Source of the DNA: Podospora anserina
Taxonomy: Eukaryota
Assembly: GCA_017654855.1 (NCBI GenBank)
Contig: CM030332.1
Location: 3,162,001-3,226,000 of the forward strand
Reading direction: 5' to 3'
DNA length: 64,000 nucleotides
Made by a program: the position numbers and the translations under genes. Positions 11,680-24,787 of this stretch are shown here, in pieces (the first letter of the stretch is position 1; each line of letters starts with the position of its first letter). The notes under the pieces were generated by a model. The model searched no databases. It worked only from the letters and a program-made list of their open reading frames with translations, and was not told where the DNA came from.

Positions 11680-14600
11680 AGGGGAGGGGTTGTGGGCTGT
11701 TTTTAGTTTTCGAACGCCTTTGTTTTGCGGGAGGTGTTTTTGACGGAAAGGGTCAGGCTGGTGTGCTTTGTGAGCAGTGTTTAGGTGTTGGAGAGGGGGC
11801 TTTTTGACGGGGTGTATCAAGGTTGATGATGTTCCCCGGGTTGCGAGGTGTCCAACTTTTTGCTTTTTTTGCGATCAGTTTTTGCAGGATTATTATGATG
11901 GAACACAAAGAATGATATATGGCATAAGGATGAAATTTGGCAAAGGAAACAGGGCTGGGTTAGCATCGTATGGATGGACTTGTATGGATTTATGAAAAAG
12001 AGGAAGGAAATTTGACTTTCTCTGACCTTATGTTTTGGCGGGAAGTTGCTCGGCTGGGAATTCGAGCATATGGTGTTTGCTTTTGCGTGTTTTGTTACTC
12101 TGTTGGTTGTTTAGATATATATCTATCGAGGAGCGTTTGAGATGACTTGATCAATAATTCTGGGGGGGGGGGTTTTTTCTCTAACATTGATATTTTGATT
12201 TGCGGTTTCATTTTGCGGTTTTTATTTTTAGAGTCAAGTCAAGGCCAATGATTTCTCCCAAAAAGGCTGGGAAAGCCAAGTGCCACGCCACCAGCCAATC
12301 TTCCCATTTTCTAGCTCTGGTGTGGCCGCATATAGCGACGCCCGTGGCGGAGATTTCACCAGATATATTTCGCCCAGTGAGACATTCCATACAATGGCAT
12401 ACTGCCCACCAGATAAGTGCTGTACAACTCAGGGGCTTCAAGTGACAGCTTCCGGGGCAGTCAAAAGTGGCGTGTTCCAGCTTCTGTACTCTGTGCTCTG
12501 GTGCGCCCTGCTGTGTAAATACTCACTCGCCCCCCTGAACCGATCGCAGAAAATACCACGCAGCCTCTCTGCATGCTCGAAAAAAAGCCATCCGAGAATT
12601 CGGTGGCGGTGTTTGGTGTTTCTTCCGTCAAAGCTGTAACTTGCTTCTTCGCAACTTGTGTGACCCAGCCGGTGATACCAACGGAAATTGAGCCGCCGCC
12701 AGTCTCAGGAGGTTGGCAACCGAATTTCTCGAATGGAAACCCTCGAAGAAAGTGGACACACTTCTCTGGATCGGCCCGGCCCGAGTCCTGATAACGAATT
12801 CCCGATGCCGATGAGGTTCGAGTCTTCTTTAACAACCGTCCGGCATCGCTTCCGAGTCACGGTATCAGATGGTCAGATCAGAACCACAGATCGGCTTTAC
12901 TAGGTCGGCCGAAACGCTCCCTTGGTGATACTGTCCGGGAACTTTCACACCAAGAACGCAGACTTGATCGTTTCAGCAAACGAGTGAACGGAGGCACAAC
13001 CGACGGGATGGTGCACGAGTAATGACCCCTCTGCATCTTTAATAATGACATCACTGTATCTGTTCCTGCATTTGTCGTCGAGTCTGTGCCATCCGCACCT
13101 GAGGGTTAGCGTGCCGGCAGATGGCGAGGCCTGCCCGGGGTATCCTATGCTGATGAGTACGGGGATGGTGCTGGAACAACATGAGAGCAGATCCCCCAAG
13201 TCTGAGAGCCGCAATTCCCGTACCACGGCGAGAAAATGTGGGTAACGGACAACATGTAGTCCCAGTGTTTACCTTGTGATGATAACAAGAACACATCAGG
13301 GTCTAAAGAAGCTTACACCGGAAGAAGCCGAGTTCCTAGACAGGAAGGCGGCCCGCCTGAAGGAGAACCGTGATTGGCTGGGAGGCGGCGATCAAGGGTC
13401 TGGAGATCAAGCTGCGACATGGCCGATGTTGTCCGGGTCATGCCAGCTCTTGGGGAGAGTGGGGGGAGATAGCTCGGCAAGCTACGGGATCGCAGCATGG
13501 ACTGGAAGCTTGCATCGAATTGCGAACGGATATCTGCGACGGCGCGAGAGTTACCGAGTTGACGGATGGCTGGGGTGTTGTTGATCGAGAACTTCACGGT
13601 AGCGAGGGCTAGTGTCTAGAGGGCTTTGAGCTCCATGTAGTAAAGCTGGCTGTAGGTATCACGAGCATGATGCCGTGCATGCTCGTCCGATCATGATTTT
13701 TACTGTCAAGGGCCAAAGCGAGGGCTCTGCTGCTTCTTGACTGACAGCTTGCAGGCGAGCGCATGCAGGTCCAGTCCAGGGTGGCAGCATTCATGCGGGC
13801 ATGCTCCGACATGCCGCTCCCCCTCCAACCACAACCCAACCCGGAAGCTCAACATGCCCGAGTCGATAGCTGGGGAGCAGACAGTCAGTAGCCGTGTCTC
13901 AGTGCAATGCGTTTAAGTCTGGTTGGTTGCCCGAATGCCGGAGACATGGCGGTGATCGCACTCTTGTTCATGGAGGGAATGGCGTCGGGTTGACAGCGAA
14001 GCGTGCAGATGGAGCACTTTTTGCTGGCTGGAACCGTCCTATGGCCGGGCACCGAGAGACCAGCGCTGCCAACACAGATGCAGATGGGGAGCTTCCAGCT
14101 TGTTTCTCGGCCAAGGTTAGCTCATCGTCAGCCAATGAAGCTGATGTGTGTTGTCACTCCCCGGATCGTGCGGAGGAGCAGTATCATGAGTCCATGACGA
14201 GCGGTTGGACAGAGAGGGCAGCCCCACCCCCAACGCTTTCCAGTGATATTCCGCATCGGCCAGAGGATGGAGTACAGACAACGGCGAACATCTCCCCGGT
14301 GGAGGTGGAGGTTTTCTGGTAAGGTAGTCTGGGGTGCTGCAGGTCGGTGTAAGTGAGCCGAGCAGTGGATGTCTTGTACCTACATCAAGTGCCGAGCGAG
14401 CCATGTTCATCTCAAGGGTACCACAGAGGGGTCGCGGCCAGCGGATGTGGTCGAGGAGGCGTGTGTGTGAGTGTGTGTATGTATTGGAATATTTGACATT
14501 TTGGGAGTAGTTCTCTGGCGACTTATGAACTCCCACGTGTGCGGGATTCGGGATATTCTTATTCAAGAATAAAAAAAATGCTGGAGACAAAAAGATGTCC

Positions 14601-15670
14601 AGTCAAGAGTCAGGATGGCCAGTCTCGAATTTCAGCGGAGCCAGGATGAAACAAGGGAATGAGATCACGGAGGCACAACAACAGGCAGGTACCCTGTGAG
14701 CAACCCCCACTTGTCACGAACGTCGCCGCGTCGGGCACAACTCCAGGAGGGAGCGACTCAGCCTGGCACCCAATCTTCAAGGCTAGAGATCCATGAGGAC
14801 ACCCCAGCCTCAAACCGTAAAAACAGCCCGTCTCTCTCCCTGAAGGAAAAACCAGTTGGCTCATTCATCATCTGTGCCTGGAGGTACTACACAGTAGATG
14901 AGAAAAAGAGGGAGCGCCGCGGCTCATTTAAAAGAATCAAGCGCCCGGGGCCCGGAACACAGCTTCACTTTCACACCTGAGAAATATAATATTCGGTCCT
15001 GGTCTGTTCCTGAACGGGCTTGCAGCAAATCGTTAGCAATTGCAGCTCGACACAGCAACTAAACCTAATTCAGCCTGTCACCCAAGACACAAGGTCACTT
15101 TTGGCCCACGTCCCCGCGAAACGCTACTTTGATCAAGAACCCACGCGCCCTCCCGACCCAGTGAAGCAATTTCCTGGGGGCCTGCTCGACCCGGCCGCCA
15201 TCACAGTTCCAGCGCCCCTGAAGAACAGCTCGCCGCCCGCCTGAAGACAGAGAGTGGGAGACAATCGTCTCTTTTCCATTCTCACCATTTTCAACATTCT
15301 CAGTCAAATTCTCCTTCTCCGAGCACTCATTTTGCCTCTCTCTTTTGATACCTGATACCTTAGATACCCTGGCCACCTCAGCCTTGCTGTTTAGCGGGAC
15401 GTACTGCCCAATCGAGACACCACCACCACCACACCCCCCCCCCAGACCGCCGCCAATTGCTCTCTCGCTCACCCACTCAGCTGTGAGCTCGCCGACCAAA
15501 ATAAATATTTCTTTTTTTTTTCTCTTCTTCCAAAAGATAGCATATTTTACGCCAGCTCCCGCCGCCCACCCACCGTCTTTTCTCCCCCGCTCAACCCAGT
15601 TTTCGACCATTGAATGTTTCGGTCTTCCACTCCTGACCCTCCAAAATCCAAGACACGCTTCTGGAACAAG

Positions 15671-18600
15671 ATGCCGAGTCTTTTCTCCCGCCTCAAGGGC
15701 AAGGACGGGAAGAAATCCAAAAAGGGCCAGCTCGATCTCGACGACCAATTAGCAAAGAAACCACGATGGGAGGGCGACGCCTGGGCTCGCAAGACGGTCG
15801 ACCCTGAGGAGGTGGAGGAATTGCTTCGATTTTCTACAGAAGAGCTCAAGGCGCGAGGTACGATGACATCAATTTCGGCACTGCTGCTGCTGCGCCCGCC
15901 CTCCACTCCCCCATCAATTCGCTAACGGCTAGCTTGCAGCTCTCGATCTTCCCTTTTTACTACTTCCCTTCCGACCAACGTCGGACCCGAGTGCTGTTCG
16001 CACCTTTGTGCGACACTTTTTCGGCAACAGAGATGGCGCCCAAACACTGTATGGAGAGGCATTGGCGCAGGAGCTGCGCATGACGGAGCCCATGGTACGA
16101 CTAAAACATAGTTGAGGGTGGTGCTGGTTTGAGACTCGATACTGATTTTGTGGCACAGGTTATCTCGGGCGTTGTGAAATGGTGCTGGAGCAGACTTCCG
16201 GGCGGTGTGGTAGGATGGGATTCTTATGAGTTGTTCAGCCTTGGAGAGCAAGACTCGAACCTGGCCAGAGACTCTTTCAAGACCTTTATTCCGCTCAGCT
16301 TTGAGAACAGAAAGGCGCAGGCACAAATCGTCTTTCACTTTTTCGACCTGCTGTCGGCAGTTGCCGCCCACGGGAAGACGAACGGGTTCGGCGGGCGCAA
16401 GCTCTCACGGATGGCTGCATGGTGGGCTTTCGAGCAGACCGAAGCCGACAGGGCCAATGGGTTCGAGGGCGCGTACAAGGCGTGGCTCAAGGCTGCCGAT
16501 GCTACAAGCCATCTTTTCTTTGCATACCTCAGATCCCTCGCGCCAGAACCAGTGGTTGGCGGCATTTCGCTTCTACCCATGTCGTTGCAGAAGCTTCTCC
16601 AGGAGACCGAATACCCGCCGCAGAGGCCCCATCTCTTGCAAACATCTACTTACAGGGTTGCCATGATAGTCGATACTGTTTCACCAACACCGTTTGCCCT
16701 CTTGAGACGAGCCAACCACTTCCAATACCGCGACGACGACCGAGCTTTGAAGCAGTGGTCTGAATACGAGGATCCCATCAAGGCCCTGACCGAGGAGTGC
16801 GTCAGAGTTCTTCGGGCCATCTCGGCCGCGAACCAGTCACACGCCGTTTCGAGTTCGAAACACTCCACCAGTCTTCGTGACGCTTCGTGGTCTCGATTTG
16901 AGGACATTGGGTTTGCGAGTGCTCTGGAGGAGGAAGACGAATTGGACGACTCGCTGGCAGTTCAACGACGACAGCAGGGAATGCGGAACACGCCCGCCTC
17001 TGGCAACGACTTAGGACGGCCAACAACACCATCCTGGGCCGACTTTTTGTCTTCGGGTTTCGTTGACGAGAAGAACAACACGAGCCACTTGCTGCCGCCT
17101 GACAAGGTCCTTCCCCCCATCGAGACGAACCTCCGCCAACGCAGCTCGCAGTCCCACAGACCGAGACTCGAGAACGAAAACCATCTTGAACCTGGCGAGC
17201 TCGCTAGCATCACCCGCTTCGATCTTGATGATGCTTTCTGGTGGGTTTGGCTGACCAGTTTGGCTCCTGAGGAGACTTCGGAAAGGAAGTCTACTTTTGG
17301 GCGCTGTGCCGTGATTGAGACTATTATTCGAGATGGTCGCTGGTTGGTCATGGAGGAAATCGTCAAGGGCGCTGCCCCTGATCCGGCCGAGGGAGCCTAC
17401 ATTGCGGAGAAGAAGGGCTTCTTCAGTTGGACCCGCCGTTCCAAGACTTCTGGCCTGAACAGGAGAAAGTCGACCGCAGGAAAGCATGCTTTGGAAAAGA
17501 GCGATAATTACCTGAACACGAGCTCCACCATGGGCTTCAGCAAGACCAGCATTGGCCCTGACCAGCAAGCCAAGATTCAGGCAGCTGCGCAACAGCTCCA
17601 GGCCCAGGAGAGGCAAAAGGCCCAACCCCAGGCCGTGGAGCGGAGGGGGAGGAGCGATGCCGACTACATGCACGAGAAGACCAACAGCGTCTTCACACTG
17701 CAGGCGAGCATCCTTAATGAGGCGTCTCCGGCTGTCAAGTGGGCGAACAAGTATGACAAGGACGCGATTAGAGAGGCCTATTTGGCAGATAACAGCGCCG
17801 GCCGTGGCGGTAGCACAGCTTCTAGCGTCAACGGAATCACTCCTCCTGCTGCAAATGGCAATGAGCGTCCTCCTCAGCCGCCTCCCAAGTCAACACCGCA
17901 ACCTCAACCTGCCCCGATCACTATCCCCGCACCCGCTACTGTTACTCCTCGGACAGAAACGCCGACCCCAGAGACGCCCAGGGCCACAGAGAAGGAGCTG
18001 GAAGCACCCAAAGATGTCCACCCTGTCGAACGGGTATCTGACGGTGGAGGTCGTAGCACGCCTGCGCCTCCACCCAAGCCCAAGGATCAGGTCGCCAACG
18101 TCACTAGCATGGAGTTGACTCGTGAGCAAATGGTTTCGCCCGAGCCAGATAGCCCGGAAAGGAAGCAGAATAAGCTGCAGAAGGAATTATCCAAGAGTCC
18201 CACTGCTACCGGCGGCTTCAGGAAACTGTTTGGTCGTGCTAGGAGGTCATCCAAGGTGCCTGATAGCGCTCCTGAGCAGCTCAACACCATGCTTGCTTCC
18301 CCAACAGCTGCCGCTGCCGCTGCCCCCGTCAAGGCCGTCGCCCCTGAGCAACCTCCGAAGCAGGAAACTCCTCAGCCATTGCCCCCCAAGGTTGAGCCGG
18401 CTACGGCCCTTCCTGCTCGCAAGGCGGTTCCTCCCGCGGCGGCTCCTGCTGCCGCCCCAGCTCCCACCCCAGTGGCTGCTGCTCCTGAGCCTCAGACCGA
18501 ACCCACCTATGAGCCGTCTGTTCATGAGGATGTGTCCCGCGTCAACACTCGGGATGCTGCCGCTGCCAGCGAGGAGTTCTCCCGCTTTGATCAGGGACCT

Positions 18601-19140
18601 CTCCTTGACCAGCCCGCGTTTGTTCCGGATGAAGAGGACACCGACACTGATGATGCCGTGCCCCCTCCTATTGCCCGGCACTCGTCCCGCTCCCCTCTGC
18701 CATCGCCTGCGTTGCCACAAGCTCCCAAGCAACAGGCACCCGCACCTGCACCTGCGCCAGCTAAGCGTCAGCTTCCAGCGCCGGCGCCCGCCGTACCCGA
18801 GGCGATGGATCGCTGGGCTCAGATTCGTAAGAACGCTGCTGAGCGCGCGGCCCAGCGTGGCCCGGCTTCTCCTGCCTCTCCACCGCCGCCAGTATCGCCA
18901 GAGATGCGGAGACCTGCTCCCAGGTTTGCCAGAAAGGACGAGACCGATGGGGACACCAGCGGTGAAGAGAGTAAGTTCTTTTTGTGCCCACCAACCATGA
19001 TTGAATCCAACTAACGGTCTGTTCCAGCTATCGAGTCCCGGGTAGCCCGCATCAAGGCCAGAGTGGCCGAGTTGACCAGTAATCAGGAAGGCATGGGCGG
19101 ACCAGGTGCTCGCTCACCACCGCCTCCGATTCGTCGTTAG
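15671..19140 (+). CDS. mesA: MesA/Msb1-family polarity/morphogenesis protein (RhoGAP-like N-terminal region, Pro/Ala-rich C-terminus)
   Basis: ELKAR.LDLPFLLLPFRP, VKWCWSRLPGGVVGW, AAHGKTNGFGGRKLSRMAAWWAF, C-terminal IESRVARIKARVAELT. 3 introns. Confidence 0.8.
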
Positions 19141-19370
19141 GAGCGATACAGTTGCGGTTTTCCAATCAGATCTCGGCGAAAAGATACAGAGGCTGCTTCT
19201 GGAGAGCGGAGGGCCTCGTTAATGAATCGCCAGTATCTTTATTACTTGACATGATTTTCACTGTCAACGCCAACACGAAACCCTATAGAGAACGGACAGA
19301 GGGGTGGGGTGATAACAAAAGCAAAAAAGCGAAATTTTCTTCTCGAGATTTTGAGGTGGCATTTTTTGGT

Positions 19371-19372
<2 letters not shown>

Positions 19373-19466
<94 letters not shown>
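19373..19466. repeat. (AC)47 microsatellite
   Basis: Perfect AC run downstream of mesA. Confidence 0.97.
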
Positions 19467-19469
<3 letters not shown>

Positions 19470-20071
19470 CACACACAGCCACACACATTATTACACAGTC
19501 ATGTTTATTGTTTTTTTTCTTTTTTTTTCTGCAGACTATTACCCCCAGGCCTTGTTGTTTTTTCTGCTTTTGCAAAGTCTTTTGCTGTTGTTGCTGCTGC
19601 TGTTGTTGTTGTTATTTACTTTGTTGTTTTTTCTGATGGTGTGTTGTTGTGTGTGGGATACCCGTTTGTCTTTAATGTTTGAGAGGGACAGAATTTCAAA
19701 AGGGGGGGAGGGGAGCGAGGGGCAGAAGAGGGAGAGGAAATTTGCAAGGTTTAGTTGTATGAAAGTAATATACCACTTTTTAATGTTTTGTTCTTTTGTG
19801 TGTTTAAAGCTGCTTGTTCTTTTGGCTTTTTTTTTGGGCGATTTTAGTGGGGGGGTTCATTGCTATACTATTACCGTTCTGCGGCGTATGATACCACCGT
19901 ATATGATACTTTTTGTTCAATCTGGAAGAGTCAAAGATGGGTAGTTTTTGGGGGTTGGGATAAATGGTAATGTTCTTCTCTTCACACGGGATGCTATGTT
20001 GGGAGGTGAGACATTTTAGCTGGAGGGGTTGAATATATCTTGGTAACGATCTCAAGCCACGATTTGGCATG

Positions 20072-20073
<2 letters not shown>

Positions 20074-20103
<30 letters not shown>
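20074..20103. repeat. (AG)15 microsatellite
   Basis: Perfect AG run. Confidence 0.95.
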
Positions 20104-20109
<6 letters not shown>

Positions 20110-21122
20110 ATTGATCGCCACGCGGGGAGGTAAGTGGTTGAGTCTGTTGTTGCAAGGAAGTTGTGAGTGCAGGTCCATTTCTACATGTGGCAGGGTTCGC
20201 AGTGGTGTGGGTGGGCGGGTGGTGCTTTCTTGAGAGGTTGGGCAGTGCCAGACGTTTGCTCCTTATCTCGAGTAAGTACAGAATCACCACTGCACCTACC
20301 GAAGAGTATGTATGTACCGGAAGATTTTGGCTTGATATACTATGTATACCCGACTTTGGCGGCATAAACGTTTTTGCACATCTCCCGAAGATATGGGGGA
20401 GGGAGTAGGTGGTCGGTAGATCGGAGGTAGTTACAAGCTTTTTGGTGATCTTCAGGGCAGGATGTGATCGTCGATGGACCGGATTGACATCAACAAACAC
20501 CAATCGCAGAAGAAGAGGTTATCGCCGGACGGTTTAAAGGATGGGGAGATCATTTGTCTGCTGGGTTTTGGATATTGCGACTCTGCCGGAGCTTCTCCCG
20601 CGGGGTTATAGTAGGGGTCTGAGGTATAGTGCTCATACCACCTTGCTCGGTGCTGGGAGCCGTGAGGATTTCGGCTTTGTCTAACGATTCTCCTAGGTTC
20701 CGTTGTACAGTATCCAACCTCACTTCGATCAGGTACCCAGTTCATGTTTCGACGGCCCGGTCATCCCGATCAGAAACTGGGAAGGAAAAGAGTTCCAATC
20801 TCAGTCAGCTCAGGCTAAAGATAGGTTTTTGTGTCTGGATCAATGACACGGTCGGATGTCGACGAAGAATGTGGGACAGGATCGGTCTGGAGCAGGTTTC
20901 TCTCGCGCGCTTTCATATTTCAACGAGGCGAAAGTTCCCATCCCTTCCTTGGTGTGCCCAGAAGATCTAGAATGTGGCCGTCGACATTCCTTACCGGTTC
21001 TACGCTGAACCTACATTCCTTTGCCCTCAAACACTTTACGCGTGGGTTGCTTTAAAACCACCTACCTTCACATCACCTCCAGTCCTTTCTGTGTCAGCAG
21101 ATTTTGAGAGGGTAGGTTGAAA

Positions 21123-22746
21123 ATGTTAACCACAGCTACGATCCTCGTCCCCTTTTTGCTTGGTGGATTCCAAGTCGTGAAGGCGGCACCGAAGCAGGTT
21201 ATTCAGTTAAGTCCGCAGGAGGGGCTGGAGATTGTGTGCAATGCGGGGAGGTCTACGACGGTGACGGTTACGAGGACGGTGGAGGTTGCGAGGACGGTTT
21301 CGGTGATGGTTACCACGGGTGCACCGCAGGCTTCGGTTGGGGTGGTACGGAGTAGCTCCGGCTTGAGGGTGGTGTCGAGTAGTTCGAGGACTGGGACGGT
21401 GCCGTCGAGTACTGCTGGGTCTGTTGTTGGGGGTGGGGGTGGGAATGGGACGGGGTTTAGGAATGCGGTTTATTTTACGAATTGGTGAGTTCTTATCAAC
21501 AATGAGTGGAGAGGCAAGGGGGCTAATGGTGAATAGGGGCATCTACGGCAACAACTTCCAGCCTCAGGACTTGCCGGCCGACAGGATCACGCATGTGCTG
21601 TATTCGTTTGCGGATATTGCTTCTAATGGGGAGGTGTAGGTTTCTTATCTTTTCACATGCACAAGAAAACCGAGAACGCGGGCTAAGTGATCAACACACA
21701 GATTCTCCTCAGACACCTACTCCGACCTCGAAAAGCGCTACCCGACCGACTCCTGGAACGACCAAGGCAACAACGCCTACGGCTGCGTCAAGCAGATGTA
21801 CCTCCTCAAGAAGAAGCACCGCCAGCTCAAGGTGCTGCTTTCCATCGGCGGGTGGACGTACTCGCCCAAATTCGCCCCCGTGGCTGCCACCGCCGCTGGC
21901 CGCAAAAGGTTTTGCTCTTCGGCGGTGAAGCTGGTCCAAGACTGGGGGTTTGACGGGTTGGATATCGACTGGGAGTATCCCGCCTCTGCGACCGAAGCCG
22001 CTGATTTTGTTTCGCTGCTGAAAGAGTGCAGAGAGGCCTTGGATGAGTACTCTGCCAAGCACGCAAAGGGGTATCACATGCCTATTACTATTGCTTGTCC
22101 GGCGGGTCCGACGCATTATGGCCAGATGGATATCCCACGGATGGATAAGTATATTGACGCGTGGCATCTTATGGCGTATGACTATGCCGGGTCGTGGGAT
22201 AGTGTCTCGGGGCATCAGAGCAATGTTTTCCTTAGCACGACTAACCCGAACTCTACAAAATTCTCGACGGAGAAGGCGGTGAATGATTATGTGGCCAAGG
22301 GGGTCGCGCCAGGGAAGATTGTGCTGGGACTGCCGCTTTATGGGAGGGGGTTTGAGGCTACGAGTGGGCCGGGGAGGCCGTATAATGGAATTGGCGAGGG
22401 GTCGGCGCAGGCGGGGATTTGGAATTATAAGGATTTGCCTAGGCCGGGGGCGAAAGAGTTTTGGGATGAGCAGGCGGTTGCGGCGTGGAGTTTTGATGAG
22501 AGGAAGCAGGAGTTTATTAGTTATGATACGGTAAGGAGTGCGGTGGAGAAGGTGAAGTATTTGAAGGGGAAGGGGTTGGGGGGGACGGTGTTTTGGGAGG
22601 CGGCGGGGGATAAGGTGAGGGAGGAGGAGAGTTTGGTGAGGACGGTGGTGAGGGAGTTTGGGGGGACGAATAAGTTGGCGGGGGCTTTGAACCTGTTGAG
22701 TTATCCAGTTAGTGAGTACGATAATATTAGGGCGGGAATGCCTTGA
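21123..22746 (+). CDS. Secreted GH18 chitinase with Ser/Thr/Val-rich N-terminal linker
   Basis: Signal-peptide-like N-terminus; [26 protein letters not shown], catalytic [23 protein letters not shown]. 2 introns. Confidence 0.95.
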
Positions 22747-23026
22747 TAGGGGGTTGTGATGGGAGGGTTGGGTGGTGTTTTGTTTTGCAATTTTGTACAT
22801 ATTGGTTTGTTTTTTTGGTTCGGGACGTTTACCACTTCTTGTCTCTCGTTTTAGGACACCTTGTCTGGCTTCGGTTTCATGTTGGAGTTTGTATTGCTCT
22901 TCTTCTTTTGCAATTTTTTGGCCTGATACTATAGCAATACGGCCATCTTTGATGATGAATAATTTCCAGGTTTCCTTGACTTCATCACCGCCTGTCTGCT
23001 ATCCAGCGTCCACATTCCTTCTTCCA

Positions 23027-23353
23027 CTACATATCAGCGACGCATTTACACCAGTCAAAGCACGGCGACTCCTCATGGCCCGATTTTTTCGTCTTGACCT
23101 CGTTGTTATCGTCACAATAGAACCCGAGGTCTTTGCAGTCCTGGCTCACGTCCAAGTCGGCGATAGGACATTGGAGTACAAGGAGTGCTGACTCGGCTTT
23201 GGGGATCTTTGGTGAACTGATCAGGGCAAAAGTTTGACCGGTGCCCGTCACCAACAGAGCGAGTGCCGCAATCAACTACCAGGTAAGATGAAAAGTGTGT
23301 GAGATATTTCTGGCTAAACAAGTGTGCTAAGTCAACTGGAGGCATACCTTCAT
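23027..23353 (-). CDS. Small secreted Cys-rich protein A (84 aa)
   Basis: Micro-exon ATG AAG, intron 23347-23276, exon 2 LIAALALL...CPIADLDVSQDCKDLGFYC...CFDWCKC. Paralogue of its neighbours. Confidence 0.8.
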
Positions 23354-23659
23354 GTTTTTGATGGAGTTTTGCCTCAGTCTTCGTCAGATTTAGTGGCAAG
23401 GCTGTTGATTGACCGACTTGGACTGGATGAATTCACGTAGTGGAAAGGAACAAAGCTGCTGTTATACCTCCAGGCCGCAGTATCACACCAACTCGGTCCC
23501 GGCAACCTTTTTTCGGAGCACAGTAACCTCAAGTAATGTTGCATACATCGTCGTCCAAGTGGTTACAATGTTTCATGATATTTCCCCAGAGTCAGGTTAC
23601 TCCTGAATGATATTTTCCCATGCTCAAGTTACAGGATGTACAACGCTAGGCCCCTTTCT

Positions 23660-23959
23660 TCACAAACGAACACACTTGCACCATTCAAAGCAAGGTGACT
23701 CTTCAAACCCAGCTTCGACGGCTTGAACCGACCCATCGTCTTCGCAGTAGAAGCCGTAGTCTTCACATTCTTTGGCCACGTTCAAGTCTGCAATGGGGCA
23801 GTCAAGATGGCCTAGCTGCTCGTCGGGTGTTGTTGTAGCATCGGGGGTGGCTGGGAGGGCAAGGCCTACTGCTGCGAGGGCAAGTATAGCGAGGGTGGTG
23901 AGCTGAGAGGTGTTAGTATTCATCTAGATATCTGAAACTAGGTAGAATCATGCCTTCAT
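23660..23959 (-). CDS. Small secreted Cys-rich protein B
   Basis: ATG AAG, probable GC-AG intron 23953-23903, exon 2 LTTLAILALAA...CPIADLNVAKECEDYGFYC...CFEWCKC. Confidence 0.8.
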
Positions 23960-24453
23960 GGTTGGTGACTGTTGGGGGTGCTCGATGACGGTTGATGGTA
24001 GGTTTGAGTGTAGGAAGGCGTTGGGGTGATTGGGATAGATTGGGTGCTTGAAAGCTATGAAGATTGTGCAATATGTTCTGCTTGTTTTATACCTATCTAG
24101 CACCCCTCATGTGTAATCAGGCCTCCAAATTTCATGGAATGTTCGTTGGAATACCAAGAGAACACCTGATGTCTTGAATCCTACATCCCCTGGAATCTAA
24201 TGATGACGAAGCTCATGATAATCAACCGAATTCCTCTCCAAACTTGAAACCACTTCTCCACGGAGCTTAGCAGAACCCCGAGGCTGAAGACACCTAGGGC
24301 TCACCTTCGCATCTCAACCCGCGAACGAGCGAGCCAATAGCCAGATCTTTCCTCTGTACCTCCCCGTTCTCGTCAAAATTTGAGGTACATGACTATTTCC
24401 CATCTAGGTGATACCCCCAAGATCTCAACCTTCCACGACTTCCATCGCAGAAA

Positions 24454-24787
24454 TTACTTTCTATCAGGATCCCAGCAAGTCTGGCATCTGCAATAAAGAC
24501 AGCAAAGCGAGCCGACAGTCTCATCTATCATCTTGACCGCGCCATCGCTATCGCAATAGAATCCTATCCTAGCGCAGCTTTCGGTTGTGCTGGTGGGGAT
24601 TGATGAGCAGTCGAGGTCATATCGTTTGATCAGTGCCGGCCCTGGGGCGACTTCAGTCATGGGCGAGGAGGCCAGAGTGCTGGTTGCCAGAAGGGTGAGG
24701 GTCGGGGCGAGGGTGATGAGCTGATGTATAGGGGATTGGTTAGTCAAGCGCGTTGATTTCGTGATTAGAGTCGGGACATACGTTCAT
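24454..24787 (-). CDS. Small secreted Cys-rich protein C (KR prosite, 8 Cys)
   Basis: ATG AAC, intron 24781-24721, exon 2 LITLAPTLTLL...IKRYDLDC...CARIGFYC...CCLYCRC. Confidence 0.75.

Noticed and set aside
19152..19944. HT/CV-repeat ORFs
   Set aside because: Translations of the AC microsatellite and T-rich UTR.
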